64,000 nucleotides of DNA, taken from Fistulifera solaris (taxonomy: Eukaryota). The DNA is taken from contig AP026137.1 of assembly GCA_030295235.1 (NCBI GenBank), positions 930,001-994,000 on the forward strand, written 5' to 3'. Shown piece after piece: positions 49,833 to 61,455 of the stretch. The first letter of the stretch is position 1, and every line of letters begins with the position of its first letter. The notes beneath the pieces were generated by a model that worked only from the letters and a program-made list of their open reading frames with translations, was not told the origin of the DNA and ran no database searches. The translations under genes and the position numbers were made by a program.

Positions 49833-50659
49833 ATGTCACAAAAGAAAGTAGCATCCTTGAAAACGGATGACACATTGTGCTCGTTCTGTCAAAGAGCACC
49901 CGCCGTCATCAGCGTGCAGCGACCTCTTCCGCACCGAATCAACAAGAAATACTCACAATCACTCTGCCTGTTGCACTATTATTCGACAAGTGCCGTGCGT
50001 GCAACGAAAGCGGTTTCTATCATTGATGCGTCATTATTGCAAGAGCAATTGCCGCAAACGCAAGAACTCTTTGCCGAAGCATTCGTGCAATTGCAACAAG
50101 CGATACAAGAGGAAGTCGCCAAATCATTCGAAGACAATACAGAAAATGATCCTTTAGCGGTCGTACAAGAATGGCATCGTCGTCGTCCAAAGATTGTGCC
50201 CTCCAAAGCAAAAACAGCCAACAAAACAATCAACATGGCCACAGAAGGAGGTTTCTTACGACATACACCACTGCCGGAGCGGATTTTGTTAAAGCGACAG
50301 CAGCAGGCTATGAAACAGCAGGAGTTGGAGAAACGCATGCAACGGGCTTCCACCGATTTGACGCAAAAACGGAAACCCAATCGTACGATTATCTGGAATC
50401 AGTTGTCGGCGTCTTCGCAAGATAATAAAACGAGATATGAAAGAAGAAAGCTCCCACGGCCGAAGTACTAGAAGTAGTAGAAGATAATCCGATCTGTTCT
50501 TCGTGTCACAGTCACAATGTGCAACAACTTGGGAACTTGACGAGTCGGAATGGGGATATGGCCAAGGGAGAAACATGGGGAAGTAAAGATCGTGGAGATG
50601 AGGTGCTAGGCCGCTATCAATGTCAAACGTGTGGGAAAGTATGGAATGAATCGGAATGA
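49833..50659 (+). CDS. Hypothetical protein with N-terminal CxxC..CxxH and C-terminal TFIIS-like zinc ribbon
   Basis: CSFC..CLLH; after a frameshift near 50430-50450 reads CSSCHSHNV..RYQCQTCGKVWNESE* (stop 50657-50659). Confidence 0.65.
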
Positions 50660-50692
50660 ACGAAAAAGTGATGTTGAAAATTATAGACTGTT

Positions 50693-52742
50693 TTATGCGA
50701 TAAAATCGCGGCAAGAAATGAGCTCGAAAATGAGATCATCGATTTGCTGCAGATAAAATGGTTTGGAAAGAAAGTGAGAGCAGGAAAGGCCCTTCATCTC
50801 CTCTTTGTAAAAATTCAAAGACTTGTGCGCGGTCGCAAAAGCAAACTGCGGGACTCTCTGGCTATCGTTCCGCGTTTGCACGGACAAAATCTGTTTCATG
50901 GCAGCAATACCATTCATCACCGGCATTTCGACATCCATCAAGATTACGTCGTAAGATTGGGAGGTGGCTTTTGGACTGCCTCTCTACCATCACGAGCATC
51001 ATCGACGTGACTGATTCCCAACTGTTGTAACATCGTGCGGAGAACTTTTTGGTTGATCGTACTGTCGTCGGCAATCAATACGCGAAGATTTGGGTATACT
51101 TCTTCTTTGAAGAGTGGGTCAGATATTCTTTGCTGGATGAATGTATTCGTTGCAACAACGTCGAGGGCTTCACTTGCGGACTGGTTGAGAGGCAGCTTTA
51201 CCGTAAATTCGGTCCATTCTCCATATATGCTGTCGGCCGTCAATGTTCCTCCCAGGCACGTTATGAGCATCTTTGTCAACGTCAACCCCAAGCCAGTGCC
51301 TCCAAAGACATTGTGTTCGGGGCACTTGACTTGCGAGAACGGTTCAAAGATAGAGTACAGGTTTTCTTGTCGAATTCCAGCTCCGTAGTCTTTGACAAAA
51401 AAATTGCAACAGGTCATCCGTCGCCGAAACGCGAATTTCGACAATACCTCCGTCCTTGCTAAATTTGACGGCGTTCCCCAACAAGTTGTATAAGATTTGC
51501 TGTAAGCGATTGCCATCTGTTTGCACTGTTAAATCGGGATCGTTGGCTTGACCAATATACGCTACCTCGATGCGAAGCTGTCTTTCTCGGCATTGAATAC
51601 TCATATTGTGGACAACGAGTTGCAGAGTGTCTCGCAGTCGAATCGGTTGAATGGTGAACATGTCTTTGTTCATTCGTTTACCATCTTCGTTTATTAGCGT
51701 CTGAAGTTTTGCACAGTCTAGGACATTGTTCACGAGACTCATCAAGTATTCGCCGCTCTGTTTCATCAGCTGGAGCGATTCCTTTTGGTTCTCATCAAGA
51801 TTGCCATCCTTTTGAATGAGTTGGGCCATTGAAATGATGCCGTTAAGGGGAGTCCGCAATTCATGGCTGATCATTGCCAGTTCTTTCATTGCCTTACCGT
51901 GCTTTTTCTTCTGAGGTTTCCGCCTTAGGCTGCTGAGTCAATTCACGAACAACTTGCTCATTTATGAGAGTTCGAATGGCCATGGTCATCGCTCGTATTG
52001 TCTTTTGAAATATGTTGATTTGATCCACAGGGAACCCCATCGGATTTTTCGTTGACCACGCTGCTCCACCCAGGACTTCACTCTTGTAAGTGATTGGCAA
52101 AGAGAAATAGTCTGTGTAGCCTCCGTCCTGAAACCATCGACAATCAGATGGAATGTGCGGATCCGTCGCGCGTATGCGAACCGAATCCGCTCGCTTTTCC
52201 TTCAGTATATTGAAAGGTGCATCACTTCCATATTGGGTATGCCGTCGCGACATATTCCGAAGCACTTTACGCTCTATCCGATAATCCGAAGCCTCCCACT
52301 TGAAGCTGTAAGCAGAATCCTCTACAGGCACGAGGTATCCTATATAAAAGCGATCGACAGGCATGTCGAACTTGCTGCGAATGATTTCCATGTATGATCC
52401 GATAAAGGCTTCAGGCGTTTCAAAATCACACCCTTGGTCTATTATCCAGTCTTTCATCTCTTGCAACAGTGTATTAAAGATGAGTTCCTTTTCGCTCGTT
52501 TGGAAGTCTGCTGACTCTCCAACGGTGAATTCCGAGCAGCTGATGGAAGATTCGGTCAACAAAGTCGGACATAGACTGGGATTGGAGTAATGCTTGGACA
52601 TTAGCCGAGAGTGTGTCACGATAGGCGTAGTCTGACAAATAGAATCCAGCTTGCCCGATTCGTTGTTCACCGTCAAGTCATCGATACATTCAAAGCTCTC
52701 GTTCATGAAGTGGGTCGTGCTGTGCACCTGTTCGCTTCTCAT
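50693..52742 (-). CDS. Hybrid histidine kinase (GAF-like sensor + HisKA + HATPase + receiver)
   Basis: SHELRTPLNG, NLLGNAVKF, DYGAGI, FEPFSQ, GGTGLGL, LIADD..MDVEMP..KP; frameshifts near 51900, 51400 and 50960. Confidence 0.88.
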
Positions 52743-53824
52743 AGCTGCGTTTCTTGGACTGATTAAGAATTAGTGGCTCGTGGTTTTGATTCATATCGGA
52801 AGGACTGTATTGCTGTTGGCGGGCCTTAGTCGTCGCGTTATGATTGCTTGGTTGATGAAAGATTGCTTCGAGTGATCCAAAAGACGGAGAATAACCGAGA
52901 CCGTGAAACATGAAAGGTGATGATGATTATGAGTGAGGGAGGGCGTTCGTTCGTTGTTGTTCCTTCTGTTTTTATGAAAGTACCAGTACAGTTACCATCG
53001 TACCATCGCACATCGCACTAAAGACTTAAGGCTTAAGGTGTTCTTGGTTTCAGGCGCCACGTGCCACGTCCTTTTGTGTCATGTGTCAACGTACTGTAGT
53101 CATTAACTACCGTTACCGGTATGTACTGGTATCTGGTATGTGGCTATGTTGTGTTCGGTGCTCGGAGCAAAGCGGAGAACGGAGTAATTTTTGCTCTTTA
53201 CTCTTTAACTTTGTAGGTCTATAAAGCTATAAAGTGCACTCGATATCGATAAACTTACGTCTCTTGAGTCTCAAGTCACAGATCAGGCACTTTGTCTTTA
53301 ATCTTTAGGAAGGATCAGAAATATCAAAAATATCTTTCAGAGCCCCAAGCCCCGCTTATACTTCTTGTTAGACCTTAAACCTAGCTCCTAGCTACCTAGC
53401 TCTAGAGCATTGGCCTACCATTAAAGTCTAATAATCGGGTCTCGCGCAATGTAACAAAGGAAAAACGAAACACAAATTCAAATCCCTCTACTCTCCCTCA
53501 TTCTATTGAAAAGTTACAAGCTTTCGCGCTTCGCACACATCAACAGAAGGCGAACGACAACCGCAATCGCTCTCGTCGCCATCTAAAGAATCACCCTTCC
53601 TCGAGCGTCGAGAGGCACAAAGCTTATGAATCGTGGATTTCTATTCTCAGTTTTCATCATTATAAGTCTAGAATCTGCAGTCTCTAGTTGTATGCTGCCC
53701 GTCTCACGAGCCTAAGAGAGAAACCGATTTGAATTTCGGAGGTATCTTAATTTTTAATCATGACTCCATAGAAGTGCTCCGTATTTTCCATTCTATTGGC
53801 TTTTGGCTTTGTCTAGAGATTTGT

Positions 53825-53902
53825 AGGGTCCAAGTATAAAGTCTAAGTTCGATCGTTCCAGTCAGGGTCCAAGTATAAAGTCTAAGTTCGATCGTTCCAG
53901 TC
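53825..53902. repeat. Perfect 39-bp tandem duplication
   Basis: agggtccaagtataaagtctaagttcgatcgttccagtc occurs twice in tandem. Confidence 0.9.
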
Positions 53903-54074
53903 CTAGTTGTTGGCTGTGCATCCCTAAACCATTTATCCAGGTCCGTATCCTAATTAATTTCTACTCGAGTCTCCCTTTGGTTCGAGAGGCTAGTCATGAG
54001 GTCCTTAAAAAGTAGATTCTATACATGTGATCTAATGGCATGAAAAGCGCCTTATGGTGTAAAGTATGGTACGT

Positions 54075-54716
54075 CTAAAGATCAAACGCTTTCGAAAAGG
54101 CAGCCCATGTCAGACCTTCTTCTCCATCGGCAAGCTCTTTCAGGCGTTGACTCATTCGATGACGAGTGAGCTTTTCTTTTCCGTTCGACAATATCTCGAA
54201 GAAGCTTTGTAAAGCTTGATCATTATCAAAGGCGGCACTAGATGCACCAACATACGGTCCACCCAGAGGAGGAACATATTCTATTTGTTGAATTTTTTCA
54301 ACGAACTCTTCCATCGACACGGCGGGTCCTTCCGTAAATATCTTCGTGCTCCACTTTGTGCTGTGTTCTTTTCCGTTGGCTTGTCGAGTCTCGTAAGACG
54401 GAATCCATTTTGGTCGAGCCGCTGATTGGTCGGCCATACGATAGCCACCTCCCGGAAGGCGAAACTCGCAATCGGCACACGCCGAGTAGCAGCACATTCC
54501 AGCGGAACTGTCTAACATGATATATTTCTCTGCCAATCTACCAAAAATTTTTACTGCTTCTTTGGGTGACACTGCCGCCGCAGCCTGACTTGTTTCAGCC
54601 AACAGCGTACTTGACATCTTCCGTGAACCGTACCCTTGCTTGAGAATCGGCGTGAATGCATCTCCGTCGCCAATTAGAGCGGCAGCCATCAACAGCACCA
54701 GCTTTCTCATCATCAT
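54075..54716 (-). CDS. Plastid-targeted hypothetical protein with CCxxxCxxC motif
   Basis: Bipartite presequence (GDA-FTP); GMCCYSACADCEF. Confidence 0.75.
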   Translation of the reverse strand: MMMRKLVLLMAAALIGDGDAFTPILKQGYGSRKMSSTLLAETSQAAAAVSPKEAVKIFGRLAEKYIMLDSSAGMCCYSACADCEFRLPGGGYRMADQSAARPKWIPSYETRQANGKEHSTKWSTKIFTEGPAVSMEEFVEKIQQIEYVPPLGGPYVGASSAAFDNDQALQSFFEILSNGKEKLTRHRMSQRLKELADGEEGLTWAAFSKAFDL

Positions 54717-55198
54717 GGTGCGTCAATTTCAACTTGATAATTTATGAATCACGGTCAACATCTTTCAATTGCTGGAACATTTCCATTGTTTCATCATCAT
54801 TCATCGAAAAGCAAAAACACGTCATCCGTCGATCCTCATCCCTATCGATCTTATTACTATCTATGTGAGTGTGAAGTGCGGATGGCGGGAAGATTTCGCG
54901 GGCCACTAAAAACGTTAAGTATGCGTTAAGCCAACCTTCAAATTTTATTTACTTAGATCTTTTGTGTACTATCCAAAGTCTGGACCTCCCCGGCGATTGC
55001 TGCAAGCGTTGCAAATTCTCCAACCGCGAGACACCCAAGTGTTATTTGCTGCTGTTGCGCTGTTGCTGCGATCGAAGAAGAGGATGCAATTCAGATAGCG
55101 AAAACAAAATCGCACATCACATCTTGCAGTGTCAATCTTGTAATTGCTGTTTCTTCGTAGAAAGTTTGTTTTCGTTTAACGCCAAGAAAAGCCACAAC

Positions 55199-56972
55199 AT
55201 GCCGAGAGTTGGGATGATCGGTAACCGGAGTGTTCCGGCTAGAGGAGATCGTCCTCATCTCCAATTATCTGCGCAAAGTGCCGAAATTCGAAATCTAGCC
55301 CGGCAACTTGGTATGCTACAGGATTCACAAATTGCGGAGCAGGCATTGAATGATGCTATTGCGCAGACTCCTCTTTACAAACAGCTAGGCAAGGATGACG
55401 CGAAACTGTTGCTCAAGAAAATCGAAACAACATTGTACCGATGGCGGAAACGAGGTATATTGACTCAAAAACCTTCCCTATTCGAATGGCGCAAGCTGTC
55501 GAGAGCGCCTTATCAGCTGTTTTGACGAAGAAACCGAAAGACTCGAAAGGAACCGCAGGGCGAAAAGCATCGGGACAACGCGACACTACTTCAGCTCCTT
55601 TGGATGACGATCCATCGAGCACCAGCCCACTGCAAAGTGATTTCGCAACTCCTGGCGTGTCGACAGGAACCAGCGAAATCGCTTTTGTTAGTGACTCGGA
55701 AGGCGTGGCCCGTCACTCATCATGTGAAGATAGAGAGGTGATGGACGTCAACATGCAGCTCGCTGTCACGGATTTCTGGCCCAACCTGTTAGAAGCGATT
55801 GGTTTGCAGGTTGCCTCGCGTAGAATCAGCAAGACGAGGAGCAAGAAAATTTATGAGTTGTACAAGCTAGCAGGACCATGCATGCTCGTGGCCGATCAAC
55901 AAGAGTTGCGACAAGAAATCTCCAACGAGTTCCTGAAAGTCTTTCATGCCAACCATCAAGGCACACGACTCATTGGACAGAGTGAATGTCGCGTCTTTAG
56001 CGTTCAACACGAAGATTCGGCTGCTTTATGGATACAGATTAATATTGGACGACCGATCGATGTACGCGATCAAACTTTGAACATGAAAGGAAATGAAGGC
56101 AACGAATTCATAGTCCTAATTGTTCCGGAGTCCAATCTGGTCGCGTTGACCGCTAGTAAAGCCGCTTCGCGTTCGGTATACACCCCGTACATCATGTATG
56201 TATTGGAAACAGTGTTGACTTGCAGCGTTGCGGGAGGATACGCCTCTGGAGGTAAGTTTGATGACGGTTTACCATGTCTCATTTGTTCAAGGCAAACTCA
56301 GCATTTCACCGCTACCTTTCTACGTTTGTAGGTGTAAGCACCCGTCGAATGCATAATTTATCCGGGACAGAACCACTGGATTTGCTACGAACGGCGAATG
56401 CGATTGAAGCCTCGGATGCCGTAGGTCGATATGCCAATTATGCATCGCAGGGCAAAACAACGGACCCCATTGTTGAACTACAACAAGCCGCCAATGAAAA
56501 CTTATTATTTCGTACACCGGTGGCCCTGGATGAGAAAGCGGATCGACATACTTCCAGACTCGCCAGGAAGATTTCGCAAAAGTCGCACCAACAGACGGAG
56601 CTTGTGACCGTGAATGAGTACAGTGTCTGTTTGGACCAGAGCTCCAGTGAAAAGCAGTCTCGCAAGCGTATGCGTGTCGAAGAACTCGGTCAAGACGGTG
56701 ACTGCCCCATACGACAGAGTGTCAAATGGGATTGGAAAGGTTCAACGGATGCCGGCACAGCGGTATGGGGTACGGGGAACGAAGCCAAACACGAAACATT
56801 CAAATGCCGTCTTTCTTTGAAAGGATCCGATGTATTTGCTGGCATGCAAGCTTTACTAGATGCTGGTATCCTGGAAGGTCCACTCCCGCACTATATGAGG
56901 GACGCACCGATGTTGGGAGGAAGGATCGTTGTGGATCACTCCGTCGTCAAGAAAGTTTGCAAAGAAGAATGA
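55199..56972 (+). CDS. CENP-N/Chl4/Mis15-like kinetochore protein
   Basis: ALWIQINIG, YTPYIMYVL, NLSGTEPLDLL, AVGRYANY, CRLSLKGSDVFAGMQALLDAGILEGPLPHYM; frameshift near 55430; intron 56252-56331. Confidence 0.65.
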
Positions 56973-57212
56973 GTTTGCTGTTAAATTTATTAAAATGCAA
57001 AGTAATGATCACAAAATTATTATACCGGTTTCTACAGACTTTCAACGAAGATACGACCTGTCAACAGTGATAAACTGATCTCCGATTCATTTGAGTGATA
57101 AAATATAACCAGCACTCTCACTCAAGAAACAAACGACTTCTTATTTCCTTTCTTGTTCGCTGTTGCAGGACGCGATTACCGAGCAAAATATAGGTTGTAA
57201 ATGAGCACATCA

Positions 57213-57713
57213 TTACTGCTTGGGCCACCATTGCCGAGTTGTGATGTCGAGTAGCACATCGACCGCATCATCAATAGGATGCACGATGACAGGAATAGAA
57301 CTTATCCCCACCAATGTTGGTGACCACTTGCTAACGAGAAGCGGAAGCGCCATAGGTGACTTGCGTACAGCCAGTCGACTGGCTTTGACAATGAGATTGA
57401 TTGTTGCTCCTGGTATCATCACGCTCGCTAGTGTCTGCCACAGCAATGTATCTGCAGTAGCACGAACCGTGTCGTTCCATATAGATCGCTGATCTTTATT
57501 TCCTTGTTGAGGATGTGTCCAAGTACTCCATCCTGTCACGAAAGAGTCAGCAAAGCAATAACCAAAGGCAACAATATAAGAAGGAGCCACCAGGCGCGGA
57601 AATTGATAGCGAAAGGACTCTCCAATTTCGTTTGCGTAACCAGCATAGCGAAGCAAAGAGTGTCGAAAGACGTTGTACTCGACAACAGCAATTTCTTTTG
57701 TTTCATTAGTCAT
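57213..57713 (-). CDS. MTFP1: Mitochondrial fission process protein 1 (MTP18)
   Basis: FRHSLLRYAGYANEIGESFR, DTLLWQTLASVMIPG, IVHPIDDAVD. Confidence 0.92.
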   Translation of the reverse strand: MTNETKEIAVVEYNVFRHSLLRYAGYANEIGESFRYQFPRLVAPSYIVAFGYCFADSFVTGWSTWTHPQQGNKDQRSIWNDTVRATADTLLWQTLASVMIPGATINLIVKASRLAVRKSPMALPLLVSKWSPTLVGISSIPVIVHPIDDAVDVLLDITTRQWWPKQ

Positions 57714-57769
57714 TAGGTATACTATCTTATGAGGCTTGCTTGCATAATTGTTCTGAAACAATGATCGTG

Positions 57770-58655
57770 TCTAAGTTCCAGAAATTCTGGAAATTTGTGC
57801 CTTTGATCATAAACGAAGGAAAGCGAAAATTCCAGAAAATCTGGAAAAGTTACTTCTGCGCTATACAGAAATTCTGTGATGGTCCAGAAATTCTCGACCA
57901 TCTGCGCAAAATCCAGCGTCTTGGACCATAACGAAAGCAAGTGCGCGTTCCAGAAATTCTGGAATTTGTGCCCTGATCATAAACGAAGGAAAGCGAAAAT
58001 TCCAGAAAATCTGGAAAAGTTACTTCTGATATACAGAAATTCTGTGATGGTCCAGAAATTTTGGACCAGTTTTTTCGATCCTACTGAAATGCTGCGCAAA
58101 ATCCAGAAACTATGGAGACGGTGTCTTGGACCATAACGAAAGCAAGTGCGCGTTCCAGAAATACTGGAACTTGCGTCTTGATCATAAACGAAGGGAAGCG
58201 AAAATTCCAGAAAATCTGGAAAAGTTACTTCTGATATACAGAAATTATGTGATGGTCCAGAAATTCTGGACCAGTTTTTTCAATCCTACTGAAACGCTGC
58301 GCACGTTCCAGAAACTATGGACACGGTGTTTTGGATCATAACAATCGCAAGTGCGCGTTCCAGAAATTCTGGAACTTGTGTCTTGATCCTAACGAAAGAG
58401 AGAAAGCGCAAATTCTGTTGTGGTCCAGAAATTCTAGACCTGTTTTTTCGATCCTACCGAAACGCTGCGCACGTTCCAGAAACTATGGACACGGTGCTTC
58501 GGATCATGACAAACTAAAGTGCGCGTTCCAGAAATTCTGGAACTTGTGTCTTGATTCAAACGAAAGAGAGAAAGCGCAAATTCCAGAAATTCTGGAATAC
58601 TGTTTTTCTGTTATACAGAAATTCTGTGGTGGTCCAGAAATTCTGGACTTTTCTA
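57770..58655. repeat. Satellite related to 4735-6900, in inverted orientation; units ~170-205 bp
   Basis: ttccagaaattctggaa core; ataaacgaagg.aagcgaaaattccagaaaatctggaaaag at about 57809, 57979 and 58184. Confidence 0.92.
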
Positions 58656-58914
58656 AATCCTTCTAACTTATTCTATCAATAATATCTCATCAAAAGAGCT
58701 ACAGTGCAAACCGCCAAGGATACATTTTTGATGAGTCCAATTGCAATGGTGCTTGAAAAGTTCAATCGTAGTATCCTGCGAAGGTGTCGGCATCAAGAAA
58801 TTTTATCATCCCAAAATGTAAGACGGACTTGCTAGCAAAGCGCGGTACGAGGAAACAGAAGTTTGAGCTCGAAAACATAGATTCCATCACATCATAATCA
58901 CCAAGACGATGTTC

Positions 58915-60804
58915 TTAGTTGTGAAGAAAAATTTTCTTGATTCGAAAATCAATACACACGCGAAATTGACGCACGGCAACGCTCCCCACTCGAGCAACGT
59001 GAAGGAAGTCCACATCTAATTCTTGAGCACGGCTCGCTTTTTCAATCAGGCGCTTGGACCTTTTGCATTCCGGATATTCGTGATCGGCGACAAAATCGTA
59101 CCAATGGCATTCACCACCATCGCGCTTCAATGCAGCTAGAATTTCATTCAAAAGGAAAGACCCCCATCTCCAGTCCCTAGATCGCCATCCATACTTCCTT
59201 CTTTCGGTCGAGGTGCTAAAATTCGATCATAATGATGTTTGGGCAAGGTCGGCAGTATCTGTAGAACATCTCCTTCAATTATAAACAGCCGATCTGCTGC
59301 TCCTTTGCACTTGGCAGCCTTATTTCGCTCCAGCATTCGATGCGCTCGCTTAGCGCATTCGACAGCCACGGGATTCAGTTCGACAGAAGTCACCGACGCT
59401 GCTTCAGTACGACCCGCAATTTGTAAAGCCTCCATTGCCACACCGGCAAACAAAACCAGGACATGCTCTCCCCTCGCTACTTGTTGACATATCCGAAGTC
59501 GCTCCTGTGCCATTCGCGGGGTGAAAAAGTTTGATTCAGGTCCACCACACATTTGATGCCGTATTCACCATGTGTTGTTATCAGAGGAGAACGATGGGCG
59601 CCGGCAACAATCACAAGTTCCGATGGAGCACGCTCGGTACCTTGTAGATTTTTGTTTTGCAAAGCTACCACTTTAATCGATTTATTTCTCTGCATCAACA
59701 ATTCACCAACCTTTTCCCATTCTTCCAGTGACCTCGTGTTGTTTGATGTTGCTGTTGAAAAGGACTCGTGTACAATCGCAACGTCCCCGACAACGTCAAA
59801 ACTACGCGGTAGAGACATCTCGCCATCCTCGCAAGTTGATTCAACAATTCCGTTGAGATTCCTTTCGTCAACACAATCATCAATGCGATTCTCGCCCAAT
59901 CCCTCTTCGTGAAAGCGCTCTATTAATGTAGAAGAAATCGATTCTTGAATCGTTTGCACAAAACGATCTATTTTGCTCCAATTCCGATCATGTCGTTCAT
60001 TGACCAATGCTGCCAACCAATGCAACATGGCACTGTCGCGAAAGATAGGTTGTACCATGTCACTTTCTGTATCTTTGCTCGTCTGGGGCAGAGAAACAGG
60101 CATATCCAGTCCTTCGTCTCCCCAAATGGCAACTAAATACCGCGAGTCTTTCCACGTCGTCAATCCGACATTCTATATACGATCAAGGAAAATAACCACG
60201 TTGTGTCAGAGTCTTATATCAGCGACACAAGTGTCGAATACAATCTTCCACTAACCTTGAACGAAGGCCGAGCCGCATTCATCAGTGCGGCCGCTGCCTC
60301 TAAAGATCGGCAAGCGACATGTAAAATGAACGGCTCATATCTTAGAAACAAGGAATTTCCTTCGACAGTCACATTTTCTGTAACAGGATCATCCGGCGGA
60401 GTATCCTCTGGTTTGAGAAGAGTGATATCCTCATTGTTGTAATCGTATTGTCCTATCGACCTAACTGGATCACCTCCGCCCGTCGGATCCGTCTCCAATG
60501 TTGTTAAATCAAAATATCGTTCCGGCTCGTAAATTTTGTCATGATTGACACGAAATCGTTCGAATGAATTCGTCGATTTAATGCCAGGACCCCGATACAG
60601 ATAACATCTGCCTGCACACGACGATGTCGTGTAATAAAACGGCAAATCATTGATGACAGCACAGACTTCGACAACTTTCGGATCGATCCGCCCCGCCGAA
60701 CTCTTGTCGCGTTTTCCGAGACATTGAACTTTGCTATTCGCGAAATTGTTGTGCAGTTGACGCGTCCGGGATGACTGTTGGTGCTGTGAATGTAATGTCG
60801 TCAT
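58915..60804 (-). CDS. Fusion of TYW3/Taw3 and a Trm5/Met-10-family (Trm5a-like) tRNA methyltransferase
   Basis: TYW3 motifs DKSSAGRID, TTSSCAGR, EPFILHVAC; intron 60173-60255; LPRSFDVVGDVAI, HGEYG, FFTPRMAQERLR, LFAG, ELNP, DRILAPRPK, HWYDFV; frameshifts near 59525 and 59160. Confidence 0.85.
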
Positions 60805-60937
60805 TACTGAGTGTATTTTCCAAGAAGACGGAGGCACCTGATAGATTTACTAGTCGACTAAGGAAAAGCGATGGCGATGTGATGAAAAAAAAATGAATGA
60901 AAGAAAATCGTTAGCACACGTCCGTCGCCCGTCAACG

Positions 60938-61455
60938 CAATATCCGGGTGCCCGATCAGTCGATAAATTTCCCTACGGGGCTCTACGTGAAAAGCACGTA
61001 GACCTTCGCAACAGTGCAGCTGTTGTCTTTTTATATGTTTGAAAGTTCCAAACAATGTCGAATTCATACTAAGGGAGTCCATCAAGGTATGAGGATGATT
61101 GTTCTGATGATATTTGTCGCTTTCGGACTCGAGAATCGTTGAGGTCAAAACCGAAAAGTTCCGGGTGCTACCTACATCGGTAAAATTCCTACGTGGTCTA
61201 CGTACATTTCACGTAGACATTCGAAGCGTTCTAGCTTGGCTTTTGTACTGTTTCGATTCCTCATTGATTGTCAATATCGTTTATGAGTGTGCATTATGAG
61301 TGTTGGTTGATGCTTTTTTTGGAATGGCAGTCGAACATACTCGAAAATGGTGTCATCAAAATTACACAATATCCGGGTTCCCCCTCTGTTGATAAATTTC
61401 CCTACGGGCTCTACGTGAAATCACGTAGCCACTTGAAACAGTGCATCTGTTGTCA
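60938..61455. repeat. Three ~215-bp-period degenerate units carrying a ctacgtg..cacgtag hairpin
   Basis: gataaatttccctacggg.ctctacgtgaaa..cacgtag at 60962 and 61391; related copy near 61181. Confidence 0.7.

Noticed and set aside
57722..58666. Short ORFs with FQKFWN repeats
   Set aside because: Translation of the palindromic satellite core
9098..60804. Programmed ribosomal frameshifting in the split genes
   Set aside because: Shifts sit at simple homopolymers across unrelated housekeeping genes; sequencing error is more parsimonious
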